From: Eledone cirrhosa
Taxonomy: Eukaryota
Direction of reading: 5' to 3'
Assembly (NCBI GenBank): GCA_964016885.1
Contig: OZ024745.1
Coordinates: 99,882,001-99,946,000, forward strand
DNA length: 64,000 bases
Below the pieces are notes generated by a model. That model was given only the letters and a program-made list of their open reading frames with translations, had not been told where the DNA came from and did no database searches. A program made the translations under genes and the position numbers. Of this stretch, positions 37,250 to 50,925 are shown piece after piece; positions within the stretch are counted from its first letter, which is position 1, and each line of letters starts with the position of its first letter.

Positions 37250-38930
37250 CTGAGTATATTTTTTATTCTTGCCTTTCTTAGACAGGAGCTTGTGATTTGA
37301 TGATTCTTTCATCAATACAAATAATGAACATATAGCCACATCAACAGGATAAAACATTTTCATTTGTTGGACTTCCTTCTAATGCAGTAGGTGGCTCTCA
37401 GCAAATCTGCACAGTCCACACCATTCATGTACTCAGTTTATTGATCTCAGACATGGCACATTGTGGTATTCCCCAGACTTTTGTTTTTGCTGGATACTTG
37501 TTAAGTCATTTGGACTGGCATTGGTTGTCAGTAGTCTTCTGATCATGCCAGGCCATTGCCAATAAATATCCTTTTTGTTTTTGAATCAAGCATCTTGTTT
37601 TTTCAATTTGGCTGAGGTGATATTTTTTGGCATGCCTCTTCTATGTTTACGTACTGTGCTGCAAGCATAAGTCCCATTCTGTAGAAGTTCCTCAAAGAGT
37701 TTTACAAAAGAAAAGAAATTATCACAATATTCAGCTTGTACCCATGGGTACAAGCTGAAGCATATAGACAATATGCCCCCACACACCCCACCGCAAGGTG
37801 GTCGTGGAGGTGCCACGGCAAAAAAGCACCCAGTCCACACTGTAAAGTGGACGTGTAGGCGCCATGAAAAAACACCCAGCACTCACTGTAAATGAGGTTG
37901 GTGTTAGGAAGGGCATCCAGCTGTAGAAATCAAGCCAAATCAGTTCCTGTATGAGCAAGGCATGGTCAGCCGACTGGACACTGCCCACAACAGGACAACC
38001 CGTCTAACCCATGCTAGCGTGGAAGAACGGACGTAAAACGGTGATGATGATAATGATGATGATGATGATTCATGGTGACTTTGTTCTTATGTGTCTCTTT
38101 CTCCAAGTCCTTGTTGAGGCTGATTTGAAACTTTCCTAGTATAAACTTGGAAGTTGTTTACATAACCATTGTGGTTATCAGCCCACATCCACACTTTTAT
38201 CCCACGTTTTGTAGGTTTCAATGGAATGTACTGTTTGAAGGCCAGTCGTCTGGTGAAGGCAATCATAACGTTGCCAATGAATATTTCACAGTGTGGGTTA
38301 TACTGTCACTTAATAAAAGATTGGGCATGGGTATGTCTGTTGTGTCCAGGATGGCTACAAGCTGGATTCTGGGTGACATCAGAAATATGGAAATATTGAG
38401 TCAGTTTGTCTAACCTGTCTCTGGTAATTAAATCCCTGATCTCTGTAGACCAGACCAAGTCGTCTTTTATGAAATACATGTCTTGATTTGGTACAGAAAC
38501 ACTCCCCATCATTATTTGAAAGGCAGTATAGGCCTTCATTTCAGACACAGTTGTGTTACATCACTTTCACTCAAGCCCTTTCAACTTGGCATATTTGTTG
38601 GTTTCATATACCATCAAATCAAATAATTTGGAATTAAATAATAGAAAGAAAAAATCTAGTTCTTTTTTCCTCAGAGTCTACGATATTTACCAGTCTAGGA
38701 TTTACTTTGAATCACGCCATTCTAAAGTCAGTTCATCATCACTGCTGTCATCTCGGTTCCTGGGCAAATTCACCATCAGTACATCTTCGTCAGAGTCAGA
38801 TATTAAATCAATATCAGATAAATTCTCTTAATTTTCCAAATATATTTCATAGTCTTCTTTTGCTCCCTCCAACTACACCAATTTCTGTAAAGCCTTCAAA
38901 AATATAATCACTTTCAGTATACGACAACAT
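37250..38930 (-). mobile_element. piggyBac (PGBD4-like) transposase fossil interrupted by an RTE 3'UTR insertion
   Basis: Acidic N-terminus (ESDYIFEGF), SEMKAYTAFQIMMG...ITRDRLDKLTQYFH, YIPLKPTKRG.K.W and DNFFSFVKLFEELLQNGTYACSTVRKHRRG. Confidence 0.85.
37733..38068 (+). mobile_element. RTE family B 3'UTR-only insertion
   Basis: Nearly identical to 33680-34007, with (GAT)n tail. Confidence 0.92.
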
Positions 38931-40394
38931 GGTTCTCTCTCTCATGTAACTCATATCTAACTACCACAGTGCTAAAATTATTCATAAAGCACTCCCTGAT
39001 TGGTTCAATTTAAGCATAGTTTCCTAATTCAACCAATCACTGGGTCTTTTACATTAGCAATGAACACACTTCAAAGCATGACTACAGGCGGTATCCGACT
39101 GCTGTAGCAAAACATACAACACCGACTATAGTTAGATTAGAGAAGAAATAGTTAAAACACCCAAGAAGCCTCCTATGTGGTGAAACCTTATTGGAGGCCA
39201 GCTAAACCTACAGAAGTGTGAGCTGTAACAACAACAACAATGTGAATGACTTATTAAAATATGAGTTATAAAATGGGATAAAGTGAAACTAACAAATATG
39301 TTCTTGGGAAAGATATTTCACAGGGATCAAATTACAATTTAAATTCTACCTACTCATACCCCATTCTAGATAAACAATTATGAAATGTATAGTCTCTTGC
39401 CTTGACACAAAGTCAATTATTGAATAAGAGCCACAGTTTAGTTGATTGAACTGATTCCATACTTTACAATGAAAAAAAGATTAACTCTAGCAGCATTATT
39501 GAACTTAGGATGGAAAGGAACACAATGAGTATTTGATTTGAATCCAGTAACATCTGTAATTTTTTTTACATATCCCTAGAAAAATAACTAGCTGGACCCA
39601 TGAAAATTCCATGGTTGTTGGCAATGACACAATAATTACTCTAACATATATTTGTACAATTGTACATAATTTTATTAATTTTAATTTATCAGCTGGGAAT
39701 GAATAAATGGAAAGGAGAATGAACCTATATTATTTTGCTTTAACACCTAATAATTGTTGTTGAATAAGCTAATCTAGCTGGAAACTGAGTTCTTTGTAAA
39801 AGGTTAAGTTAAGCAGAGGACAGTTAATTGCCCTAAAACATGCCACGTGCATTAAATAATTGAAGATTTTCACCTTGCTCTCCTTTCCTCAACCACCACT
39901 GCCATCCCCATTAACTAATATCCCTACAGATGATGCCACCACTTTAACATCTACAACCATTCTCAGTGTATCAAGTGTATATGATTACATGTCAATAAAT
40001 AATGTTCCTTTCTTTTGCCTCTTACCATTACTACGCCCCTCCATAAACACTCTTCTCTCATTATTTTGCTGTTTCCTTCATCTGTGTAACATAACATAGA
40101 TACAAATCTGTATAATATTATAGACAGTAGTAATAATGATTTCTACTTTAAACAAGGCCAGTAATTTTGAGCAAGGATGCAAGGCAAAGTTGACGTCGGT
40201 TGGATTTAAACTCGACATAAAGAACCAGAACAAATACAGCAAGCTCACTTTGTCTGGCGCTCTAACGATTCCATCAATTCACTGCCCTAATAATAATGAT
40301 GTTATTAGAATATGCATAAAGTGGATAACTCAGTATTAACAATTCATTTATCTTCTATTTGATTTGAAACAGTAAGGAGACTAACACATTTTTT

Positions 40395-40950
40395 TTTGTT
40401 CTTCTTTGCCCGCTTAGTCCTGAGAGGGTCATGGTAAAGGCAGAGTCCTCAAACACTCCTTCCAGCAGGTCCTGTCAGAAGCTGATCCGGCTAGATCTCC
40501 AAGCAAGACCAACTAAGCTCATGGATGTTATCCAACTATCTTGCTCTGGGTTTCCTGACAGTTGGTTTTGCCCATAAAATCTGCCCAGCGATTCTTTCCT
40601 GAGACATTCTAACCACATGCCCATAGTATCGGAGCTGTCATCTCTCAATTTGCAGAAGTAACAGCTCTTGCTGGAGTGACCCTCTGATCTCCAAGCTAAG
40701 CACTATATTGAGTAATATAACTCCAAAGACCCTTCGGAGGAACCTCATTTCAGCAATTTGTATTTGCAATCGTATTCTTGACCATAGGTAAGGGTTGGCA
40801 CAAAAATCGAATTGAAGATAGCAAGTTTGGCTTTTATGCCTACATCCCGTCTGATTACTGAATGCTGAAGCTGGCGCTTTACTGCACCAGCTCCTGCAAT
40901 TCTTGCACTTAATTCAGCCTCCTGCTTTCCATCACTCGTCAACATAGCCC
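40395..40950 (-). mobile_element. Older RTE LINE 3' fragment (different family)
   Basis: SDGKQEAELSARIA...IFVPTLTYGQE and LRYYGHVVRM. Confidence 0.8.
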
Positions 40951-41224
40951 CGTGTTTTTTTTTGTTGACTTACAAAATTACAGGAAAATCAATGAGTCCC
41001 ATATTTTTTTTTTCTTTTTCAAATAATAAGATATTTTAAAATTCTTTTTTCATTTTCATCATGTCTTTGATCTTGTATTATCACCATCATCACTGTTTAA
41101 TATCCATGTTTCCATGCTAGCATGTGTTAGAGGAGTTGTCCAGATGTGAGCCAAGCCAGAGCAGATGACCATCTCCAGCTCATACTGGTTTATTTAACAG
41201 AGGACACAACACTTACTTACTTTT

Positions 41225-41903
41225 AAGCAGGACCATTTTCGGAGAATTGAGGAAATGAGGAGGACCTTAAAATGTTTGTCACCGCTCTGTTGACGCTTCG
41301 TGCTTTCATCACGTGCAAATCCGGGCCCTGTGTACATTGCCGTGTTATTGGCACCGTAAACCTCACGTCTGTGCTACTTCTACTAAGACCCCTTTTGTTG
41401 CACCTACACCGCAGTATGAATGCCTTGCGCAACTACACCGAACAGCAGTTGTGCTAATTCCGCGGTGAGCCCTTTCGTCGCACCTTTGTTGCTGTGTAAA
41501 CGCAGTGCAACCAGTGCACTATGACCCCCTTCTGCTGTAGCTGCATTGCCACCATGATTTCGTCATCTCAATATCCCTACTTGGTTTTCACACAATTGAC
41601 TACGTCGCTCCTTCAGACTGACGTGTGTTCCCCATCCATGACCTAATTCGTGAACAGACTTACGACATACATCGCCACACAACACTTACTTACTCCTTTC
41701 GCATACAGGATTTCCGCAATCAGCCCACTGACACCGCTACTACTGGATTCAGCCTGCTGGTGTTCTACATTTCCAGTAGATGAACAATCATTCCCTGAGA
41801 ATAAGGGAATTCAAAAAGTACACAGCTACATTCCTCAATCTTTGCATATGTGTGTTGCTATTTCACATTTCTTACCCTGTGCAACGCCGGGTCCTGCTGC
41901 TAG
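41225..41903 (+). mobile_element. Helitron-type element; 3' end clear, GC-richer body of unknown origin
   Basis: Ends CCCTGTGCAACGCCGGGTCCTGCTGCTAG|T, homologous to the terminus of the 28137 Helitron. Confidence 0.6.
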
Positions 41904-41944
<41 letters not shown>

Positions 41945-44900
41945 ATTAAGATATATATATATTTCTTCATTTAATTTGTAATACACTCCCCTAAGCTAGT
42001 CAAAAGTTGGCTGAATCGGACTGCTTTTTCTAGTAGCACGCAACAGGCTGCTTTTATGAATACCAAATCATGCAAACACAGATTGCATATGAATGTTGCT
42101 ATCTTCAATACCTTATCATACAAAGAGAAGGTGTTATTCTAAGGTCTATTGTTTTCAACTTGCTGACTGGCTGTTGTCACACAATCTCTTCTGTAAGATG
42201 TAGCATGGATAAGTCCTTTTTTTAAAATTATTTTATTTATCCTGGTTTTGTTGCAATTTCACTTAAATCAATTAACTGATCAAATTTAATCTCACTTAGT
42301 TTTAGATATGATCTAATTTCACTTAGTTAATTGACTTGTACAATCTCTTAATCTTAGCAAGGAAAGGCAAAACAATGGCTCCCATCCCTAGTCATTTTCC
42401 TTTCCCTTCTGTACACAAAATCATTTATTCCTATGACAGATTATATTACCTTACTTGTATAATGTTTATTTTTCTCTTTTCCTTCCATTCTCTTTACTTT
42501 TTGTTTTACTTGAATATTTGTGTTTTGTTTTTCTTTCTTCCTCTCTAATATTCATAGTTCTATAGTGGTAGGTCTCCATAGCCACTAAGTATGATCCAAT
42601 TTTCTGGTTTTGGAGCGCTTTTACTAATATCACTTATGTTTCAAGATGTCTAATTAGAATGATATAGAAGATTCATCAAAAGCTTCTGAAAGAACTACAT
42701 ATAAACAATTTAACCATGATTAGTTGTTGAGTGGAACGCCTCAATTTGCCTACGTCTCCCCCAATCCAGATATTACAATCTCTACCTAGTATGCTTTTAA
42801 TTTCTTTTCAGACAAATAGAAATTATCTTATAAATTTACCTTCTCTATCTAATCCACACACATTATCATACAACAACTAACAGATAATCTTATCAAGACT
42901 GCACTGAAGCAAAAGACTGTTGCTCATTCTCACTGTTGCCTTGTCTGTCATTTTTAAAGTTGTTACAAACTTCAGAAGTGATGGCCCTCTACTATTATCA
43001 ATAGGTATTCATTGTGCTGCTTTTCCTCTTTCTTGTAACTTTTTGTCCTACCACACAAGCAGTTTATATTCCATAGCTGGTGTCTCCTGCATTAACTCTT
43101 TTGTTACCATATTTATAATGAAAAACACTACTTGTAATTTTTAAATGATTTTGAAAATAAACAGGAATTTGAAGGGATTTAGTGATGTAACTAACTTTCT
43201 AATTTTTTAAAGTAGTGTTTGGAACATAACTCAACAAAGATTCTTACAAAAATTGTATATATATCATCATCATCATCGTTTTAACATCCACTTTCCCTGC
43301 TAGCAAGGGTTGGACGGGTCTACATTGACCAAGTCAGTACTGAAGTGGGGCTACTGATCTCCCAGACAAGCCAGGGATCTATCATCTCACTTATGTATAG
43401 TCGTGCACAGGGGAGGTTGTCATGTTTTTTATACAACTCTTTGTTTGACAAGCTTTCTACAGCTAGATGCCCTTCCTTTCAGCACAGCATGTATTGAGTG
43501 TGTTTATTGTGTAGATCACCAACACTAGAGTGGCTGTCATGTCCTTGACATGACTGAAGGGTCCTCTCAATATATCTATAATTATATATGATATATGTGT
43601 CCCTACAAAATGTGTATACACACTTAAATAGTCTTCTAATAACTATTGCCTATACAGGCAATATTTTTTGGGATACCTGCATGCTCAAATCATAAAGGCA
43701 ATATTTATCATACATTCATATGTCAGTTTTCTCTTCTACTCATTACATGTGCACTACTTTGATGTAAACCCTTTTGGGGTTATTTTTCTTTCTACTCTGT
43801 TACAGTGTATACCAAAAAATATGCAGTCAATAAGTTAGCCTGTACATAATGACCTGATCTGCTAGAAATATCAGTCAGGTCTCTTTCTAAGCATACCCTA
43901 ATATCTTAAATATAGAAAGGCTACATTGGATCATGGAGTCACTGATATATAAAAAGATATCAGGGCTATGGTTGCTATGCCTTTGATGATAGGTCTGCTC
44001 AGTCAGAGCTGACCTAAAGCTGAGTGACAACAGCAACCAATAATTCAAGGATCACTCTTCATAAAAAAAAAAAACTACTCTAAAAACTGGAAAGAATTTA
44101 TGTATTTAATTCAAATTAAATTCCACAATTTAGCCCTTTTGTTACCATGTTTCAATTTATTATAAAAATAATGAATTGGAAAGAATTTATTAATATATAG
44201 CTTAACTTTTTTCATTATTAAGGTGATGTTTAGAATATTATTTAAACAGTTCTTGTATAGAATTATGTTGGAAGGTTTAATTTAGATAAAAACACTTTAA
44301 AATGAGCAGTTTTGAATTATAGAATTAAGGAAGGGGGTGTTCAAGCAGGTTGGTAAAAAAAGGCTTAAATGGTTTAACAAGAAATTTTACAGCTTGTTTA
44401 CTAATCTCTATTGGAGGAGGATACATTGTTTTTAAGTTGATATTTAATTCCATCATCAAGGTTTAATTTAGTTGTACTTTTGGAAAGGGGTAAAGTTTAC
44501 TTTTCATTACTTTTATGTAATTTGATTTATTACAGTTGACTGTTAAATGTTTTTTTTTTTGTTCTGCTATTAATATCTTATAAAACTAATTTTGTTTTAA
44601 AAATCACATTTCAGATACTTGTCTTTTGGAGAGAAAAAATTATGAAATCTTTTTCTTTCCAACGACATATCTAAAACTTGGGATTTTTCACTCTTCACAA
44701 CAAATTAACTCATTGTGATTTATTTTTATCAAGTTTTTATGAAATATATTTTTTCTAAAACTAAGTACGTTTTTCTATAGTCCTAATAACTTTACAAGTT
44801 AGATATTTGTAAACAAAATTTATTTCATCAATGAGCATTATATCTCCTATAACTTTTTCAGAAAACATACAAAACTTTTCAGCCCACTCCTCAGTCCCTT

Positions 44901-45812
44901 GAAAGGATTTTCTTTGTCCATTGTGAATTTGTTTTTTCAAAAATATGTATTTAAACATTATGTCTATTTGTTTATCTCTATTAGTAGTGAGCTGTGAAAG
45001 ATAACTAAGTGTTAACTGTTTCCCTACCATTCCAATGAGCAATGTTTTAAGGCTTGCTGTCTGTTATTTGTCTACTTCTATTGTGTATTGTTAACTGACC
45101 TTAAGAAATTTTATTTTTCATCTTTTCTTTGGATTGTTTTAAAGAAATCATTCATTCCAATTGCAGGATAGTATTCATATGATTTCTTTGTCTATTATAG
45201 TTGATTATTTAGAAAGTATTATATTATATATTTAGGTTTCATATCTTACTTACAGTCTGCTCAATGTGTCATATGAATACTATTACTGTCTAGTACATGG
45301 GGACTCACGTTTCTTTTTCTTTTTGGTTCGTAATTATATTTCCATATGACAGCATCACATCTTATTAATTTCCCAATGAATCTTAACACAAGGTCAGATA
45401 ACTAAAGTTAGTATATGTTTCTTCTAGGGTTGGAGTTGACTTCACATTAAAATTGTATTGTATATTACTAGCCACATGTGCAAACTGACCTGACAGCTCT
45501 GAGGGACTTTTAGCAGGGGAAATTGCTTTATGTATATGCTAGCAGTGGACAGCCTTCATCACAAAAAATACAGCCATTTTCTTGGAGGGGATATAACATT
45601 TTGGAGAGAGGGAGGGGGGCTAGCCTTATAAGTTTTTATTTTATGGTCACGCATTCTCTCCCCCCTGCCAATTTTAGCATTCTTATTTATTGTAAGTCAG
45701 TTTATTTGATATTATTTTTGATCTACCATATCTCATTTACATCATACTAACACAAGTAAAATAATATTGTTGCCAGTATCTAGCAGTAGCACTAACAGCT
45801 TGTTTCATAGTA

Positions 45813-46257
45813 GAGGTGTATATGAAGCTATATATATATATGTTTATGTATAATAAACATACAAAAGTCTTGCTATGCATGTTTTAAGTTGTGGTTATGT
45901 CCCATGTGAGAACGTCAGACACATTTCTGGATTTTTGTCTATCATCAGTGATGGTTACTCACTCAGTACTGAGACCAAGCATAAGCTATAGCTTATATAC
46001 TTTTTTGCATATGAAACATTGGCTAGTGATGCTCAATTGCATATAGAGCAAACTTTGTTTCATATGTAAAAATTATATAAGCTTTAGCTTCTTCATGGTC
46101 TCGGTACTGGAGGAGTAACTACCACTGATGATGGATAAAAATGCAGAAACACGTGTCTGAAGTTTTCATATGGCTACACTGAGATAGCTGTGACATGATC
46201 ACAACTTAATACATTCATAACAAGACTTTTGTATGTTCATACTTTCATATACACCTG
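45813..46257. repeat. Old inverted duplication (arms about 200 bp) of a hammerhead-bearing Penelope-like segment
   Basis: Arms about 45813-46020 and 46052-46257. The right arm has CTGATGA-TGGA-TAAAAA-TGCA-GAAAC-ACGT-GTC (46125-46157), mirrored at 45911-45955. Confidence 0.75.
46120..46163 (+). ncRNA. Degenerate minimal type I hammerhead ribozyme motif
   Basis: Core CTGATGA...GAAAC-ACGT-GTC with a palindromic stem III loop. Stem II is restored by the other arm (TGGA/TCCA). Stem I is decayed. Confidence 0.55.
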
Positions 46258-47829
46258 CTGTTGCTACTATATGCAAATAGATACCATAATTAACATAAAA
46301 TTTTATTATTTCCAAATACTAAATAATGGCACATTCACACTGCAATAAATCCGTCTTTATTGCACTGTCATGTAGGTGATGACAACATGGTAGGTACTAC
46401 AGCAAAATATGAATCTGCCAACCACTTGGTAATATAACCAAAATTTAGATTATCCAAACAAGATCTCATTGTCCCATGAATATTTAGTTGATCTTAGCTG
46501 TGTGGTTAAGGAGTTCACTTCGCAACTGTGTGGTTGTAGGCTCACTCTCTCTATGCAATACTTAGGACAAGTATCTACGACTGTCACCTCAGATTGACCA
46601 ATGCCTTGTGATTGTAAAAAAAATCTCCATGCTCAGAGAGAAATAAATATATATTTGTTGTACTTAACACATTTTATAATATTAATTTTATCTTTGGCAA
46701 TGGATAGACATTTACTAGAGTTCCAGACAAATTGCCTTGCAGTATAGTTATGGTTCTTTATGTTCTGAGGTTAACTATCTTTCAACTGATCGATAAAATT
46801 AAGTACCAATCAAGTACTAAGTTGATAAAGTTGATTGTACTCCTTCCTCAAATTTCAGATCCTGTGCCTATGTAAGAATTATTAATGTTTTTTTAATATT
46901 TTCACAAATTCTAGTAAATATCTCTTAACCCTTTTGATACTAAACCACCTGAAACTCCAATTCTAAGATACAAAACTATTTTAGCGTTTATATTTGTCTA
47001 AAAATCTTCCATCATAATTTTATGTAACTTCCAAACACCAACTTAATAATAAGAAAATAAGTTACATTATGAGATCCCTTCAAATTCTGGGTTGGTTTCA
47101 AAATTATTTGAAAATCACAGGCAGTGCCTTTCTTTAGAAATATGGTCATAAAAAAGTTAAAGAAAACCCAGATACTTAAATAATATCTTCAACAACTACT
47201 TGTTTACTATATGGTCAATGCATGTATCTATTCTATATACAGACGAGATTCACTAACTAATTATAACTGAAGTTAGTTGATGGTAAATATTTTCAGTTGA
47301 CACACTACTACTACTACAATTACATAAAATGTAAAGAACATTACAATAATCTGTCTGTTGAGAGACATTACAGAACACTATTTCTAGTCATTCATATCAC
47401 AGATTTCTTTCTCTGTATGTCATCTGTTTATATCTACAGTTTGGTTTTTACTAGTACAGTCTCATGAAAGCCCACCCACGGTGTACCAACAGTATAATTG
47501 TCCTTCATGGTTTATACCCTCTGTCCTTAACTATATCCTATCCTTAACTTATCTATATTCAAGTTACAATAAGACTGAATGATGCTGTATAAGTGCAGAC
47601 TCTTTGGGAATATGTCAGCTATTTATTTTTATATAAACTCAGTTTTGTATTAATCAGGCAGTGCAAGTTGAAATTTTAAACCCCAATGATTGGCTAGCAG
47701 TATAATAGGTGTGTGGATGTAGATGCACCAAAGAGTAGGTAATGGCATTAAACTGATTGACCAAGTTAATGTGAAGTTAGTATAGAAATGATAAAATAAG
47801 GTTGAATGAGTTTTTACAATGATATTGAA

Positions 47830-48170
47830 TTAAAGGGAAATATTTCTAATGAGACAAATGCAAGAGAAATTCTTAACTAAAAATAAACACCTCTACTTTG
47901 TATTTGTTGATCTGGAAATGTCCTTTAGCATGATACTCATGCTCTGAAGTAGTTTGATGGTAATGGAAAGTTAAGTATGAATAAAAGACACAAGATAAAC
48001 CATGAAAACTACATAAAAGTAGTATAAAGAAGACCAGAATTAACAAGGTCAGTGGAAGATTTAGTGCAGAAATAGGTCTTTACTTGGGATATGTATTTTT
48101 AGCCTTCCTTGTAGTTATTAAAGTGATACCAGAGGAGTTTTAGGGTTAGCAGTTCCTGAGAACTTTATAT
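47830..48170 (+). mobile_element. Very decayed RTE RT fragment
   Basis: AAAAATAAACACCTCTACTTTGTATTTGTTGATCTGGAA (KNKHLYFVFVDLE). Confidence 0.65.
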
Positions 48171-48360
48171 ATATGTACTAGCATAGTACCCATAGAAAAT
48201 TGCAGAGTTTATAGTAAAAAATGTTTAATTTGATAATTGATTAATTACAACATTCTATGTAGAGCCACTTAAATCCTTGATTCTCTTTGATCTTCTTCCC
48301 CCCTTCTCACTTTTCCCGTTGCTGTATTTAATTTTATATTCAAATTTTACATTTAAATTA

Positions 48361-48529
48361 CTGTATTTCCCGGCGCCAAAGACGCTTTGTCTTCGAGAAC
48401 GCACCCTAATTTTGACAACCAAAAATTAAAAAAAAAAAAAATAAACAACCTTCGGCCTCCAGGACGCATGGTAGATTTTTGAGACTTATTTTAGTAAAAG
48501 AGTAGCGTATTCGATGTTGGGAAATATGG
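48361..48529. mobile_element. Tc1/pogo-type MITE (169 bp)
   Basis: TA|CTGTATTTCCCGGCGCC...GATGTTGGGAAATATGG|TA with imperfect ~25-bp TIRs. Confidence 0.7.
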
Positions 48530-49529
48530 TAATTAATAATTTTCTTCCATATTCTTTTTAATCATTAACAAACATATATGCACTAAATTAGGATGACATT
48601 TTTCTACATACCTAGCTATCTATCCCTGGGCTGCAATTGGAATTTGTGCTTTGTTGTTGATATTGTTGTTGTTATCCAAAAATAGATATATTGGTAAATA
48701 TACATGAAGATATGACTATAGATTGACAGTCTGACTAATAGCTAGAGAAATTGATAGATAGAAAGCTTGATATGTAGGTAGATAGACAGATAGCTATAGA
48801 TAGCTGCTGCTTGACCACTGACCAGCTTATCAACACAGTGAGAGAGAGAGATAAGTAGAAATGACAATATTAAATAATAGAACCTTTTATATCAATGAGA
48901 GATTAACCATTTTAAGTTTGGTAGGTCTAAAAGAAGGGGTAAGACTCATGGTCTTCAGACCCTCCATGAACTGATTGATGTTGTTGATAGGCCACTCTCA
49001 GCAGGCAAGGAAGTCCAAATGGTCAGTGTTCTGAGCAGGAAGAACTGGGAACGGGAATTAGCTAGGGGCATTGGAGTAGGTACACAAATATGGGTGATGA
49101 GTGAGTTGAGAGTGCCTGAGTGGAGGTGGCCATGAGTTTAGCAATGTCCAAAGAGTAGAGACTATTGTAGTAATAATGGTAGAGAAAGAAAAGAATAAGC
49201 AGAAAGTCTGCCGGCTAGAGCCTGGAGAGTGTCATAGAGCAACTTTAAACTCATTGATCAATTGGCTTTTTTTTATTGATGCAGCTTTGGAATACTGTGT
49301 AAGCAGCAGCAGCATCTCACCAAATATGGGAGTAAGGTTTCACCTCATCTAAGTTTGAACCATTCAAAAGGGATACTAAATATGAACCAATGTCTTTTAT
49401 AATATTGATGGAAAAATTGTATTAATTTGTTGATAGATTTCTATATGTTGTTTATAGTCTATCACATACATGAACCCCTCAAAAGTTTTTGTTTACAATA
49501 TTAATATTTTTTCTATTTTTTTCTTCCAG

Positions 49530-49659
49530 ATAAAACTGCTCACCGCCTTACTTTATTTTATTTATGCAATGATGTGGTGCAGAACTGTAAGAAAAAGCAA
49601 GCGAAAATCTATATGGACACTTTCAAAAATGTATTGAAAGATGCTGCATATTTTGTGAG
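49530..49659 (+). CDS. RPRD2: Internal coding exon (phase 1 in, phase 2 out) of an RPRD2-like CTD-interacting-domain protein
   Basis: Polypyrimidine tract + TTCCAG acceptor and AG|GTAAT donor. 130 nt encoding KTAHRLTLFYLCNDVVQNCKKKQAKIYMDTFKNVLKDAAYFV. The CID signature LFYL.NDV.QN with the HRL and QNCK context fits RPRD2 better than RPRD1A/B (recognised from memory). Confidence 0.88.
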
Positions 49660-50184
49660 GTAATATTTTTTCTGGTTCCATTTTTATACCTCGGTTGTAA
49701 TTTGTTGCTACTGTTTATATCCAGCTTACCAAGATAACATGGTTAACATTTTTGTGATGGAGCAGTTGTTTTTTCAGAACTATATACACTTTCTACCACT
49801 AACTACTCATTCAGTTGTGAATGTAATGTATTCAGTTAACCTTTTTGCATCAGCTAAACTGATATCTGCTTTGCCTAAGAGTCCAACATAATAATTATAG
49901 TAAAGTTTGAACTCATAACTATCTAGCCGTTAGCCTCAAAGTTATTTTGCTTTATGTACATGCATAACCTTAATATATTTTTTGTTTTAATATGTTTTGT
50001 TTTGGACCGGTCATGAAAAGCAGTGGATGTAACTAAATGGATTTTGACCTATAATGTGAATGGATGAACATGAATCATAAAGTGTCATTCTAATTATTAC
50101 ATTCCTTGGTATATAGTAATTAAAATATAGTTTATAGGAGTAGCATTGTTTTAAGGAAAAGTGTAGTGAAATATCTAGAATGAA

Positions 50185-50548
50185 TAGGACCGTGACCTCT
50201 CATCACGTAGTAATACAGAAGACCTGACTTCTCACAGGTACAAGCTGAAGCATATAGACAATATGCACCCACCCCCTCCTGCTGCAAAGTGGTCATGGAG
50301 GTGGCACGACAAAAAAGCACCTAGCCCAGACTATAAAGTGGTCATGTAGGCACCACGGAAAAAAAGCACCCAGCACTTACTGTAAATAAGGATGGTGTTA
50401 GGAAGGGCATCCAGCTGTAGAAATCAAGCCAGAATCAGTTCCCGCATGAGCAAGACAAGGTCAGCCGACCGGGCACTGCCCACAACAGGACAACCCGTCT
50501 AACCCATGCTAGCGTGGAAGAATGGACGTAAAACAGTGATGATGATGA
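50185..50548 (+). mobile_element. RTE family B-like 3' end insertion
   Basis: Homologous to 33635-34007. Confidence 0.9.
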
Positions 50549-50925
50549 ATAAATGCCCTTTGTGCAACAGAATATTTATAGTTGGATGAGACATTGAGTA
50601 TTCTTTGCAAGATAGAAAAAGTTAATATGAATGTATGATGATGGATGATGGGATCTAGATAAACAAATGTTTTATGTAAGTTATAGTTATTAACCAGAGA
50701 CAATACAGGCAAAGCAGGTTTTTAAATGTTAACTTAGGAGAAAATAGGTTAGCCAAAAAAAAGGAAAAGAAAAATGAAGAAATGATAAATATATATCTAT
50801 ATTTATTTCTCCCACCTACTCATGTAGTAATAAGCTACTTGACATTTTGTGATCAGAAGTTTCGATTCAATAAATGATTGGCCCTCTTATCATAAGGTGT
50901 GGCATTCATGTCATTCCTGAGGATA

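Noticed and set aside
44590-44700. TTTCAG acceptor-like site as another host exon
   Set aside because: No CID-like translation and no suitable donor found.
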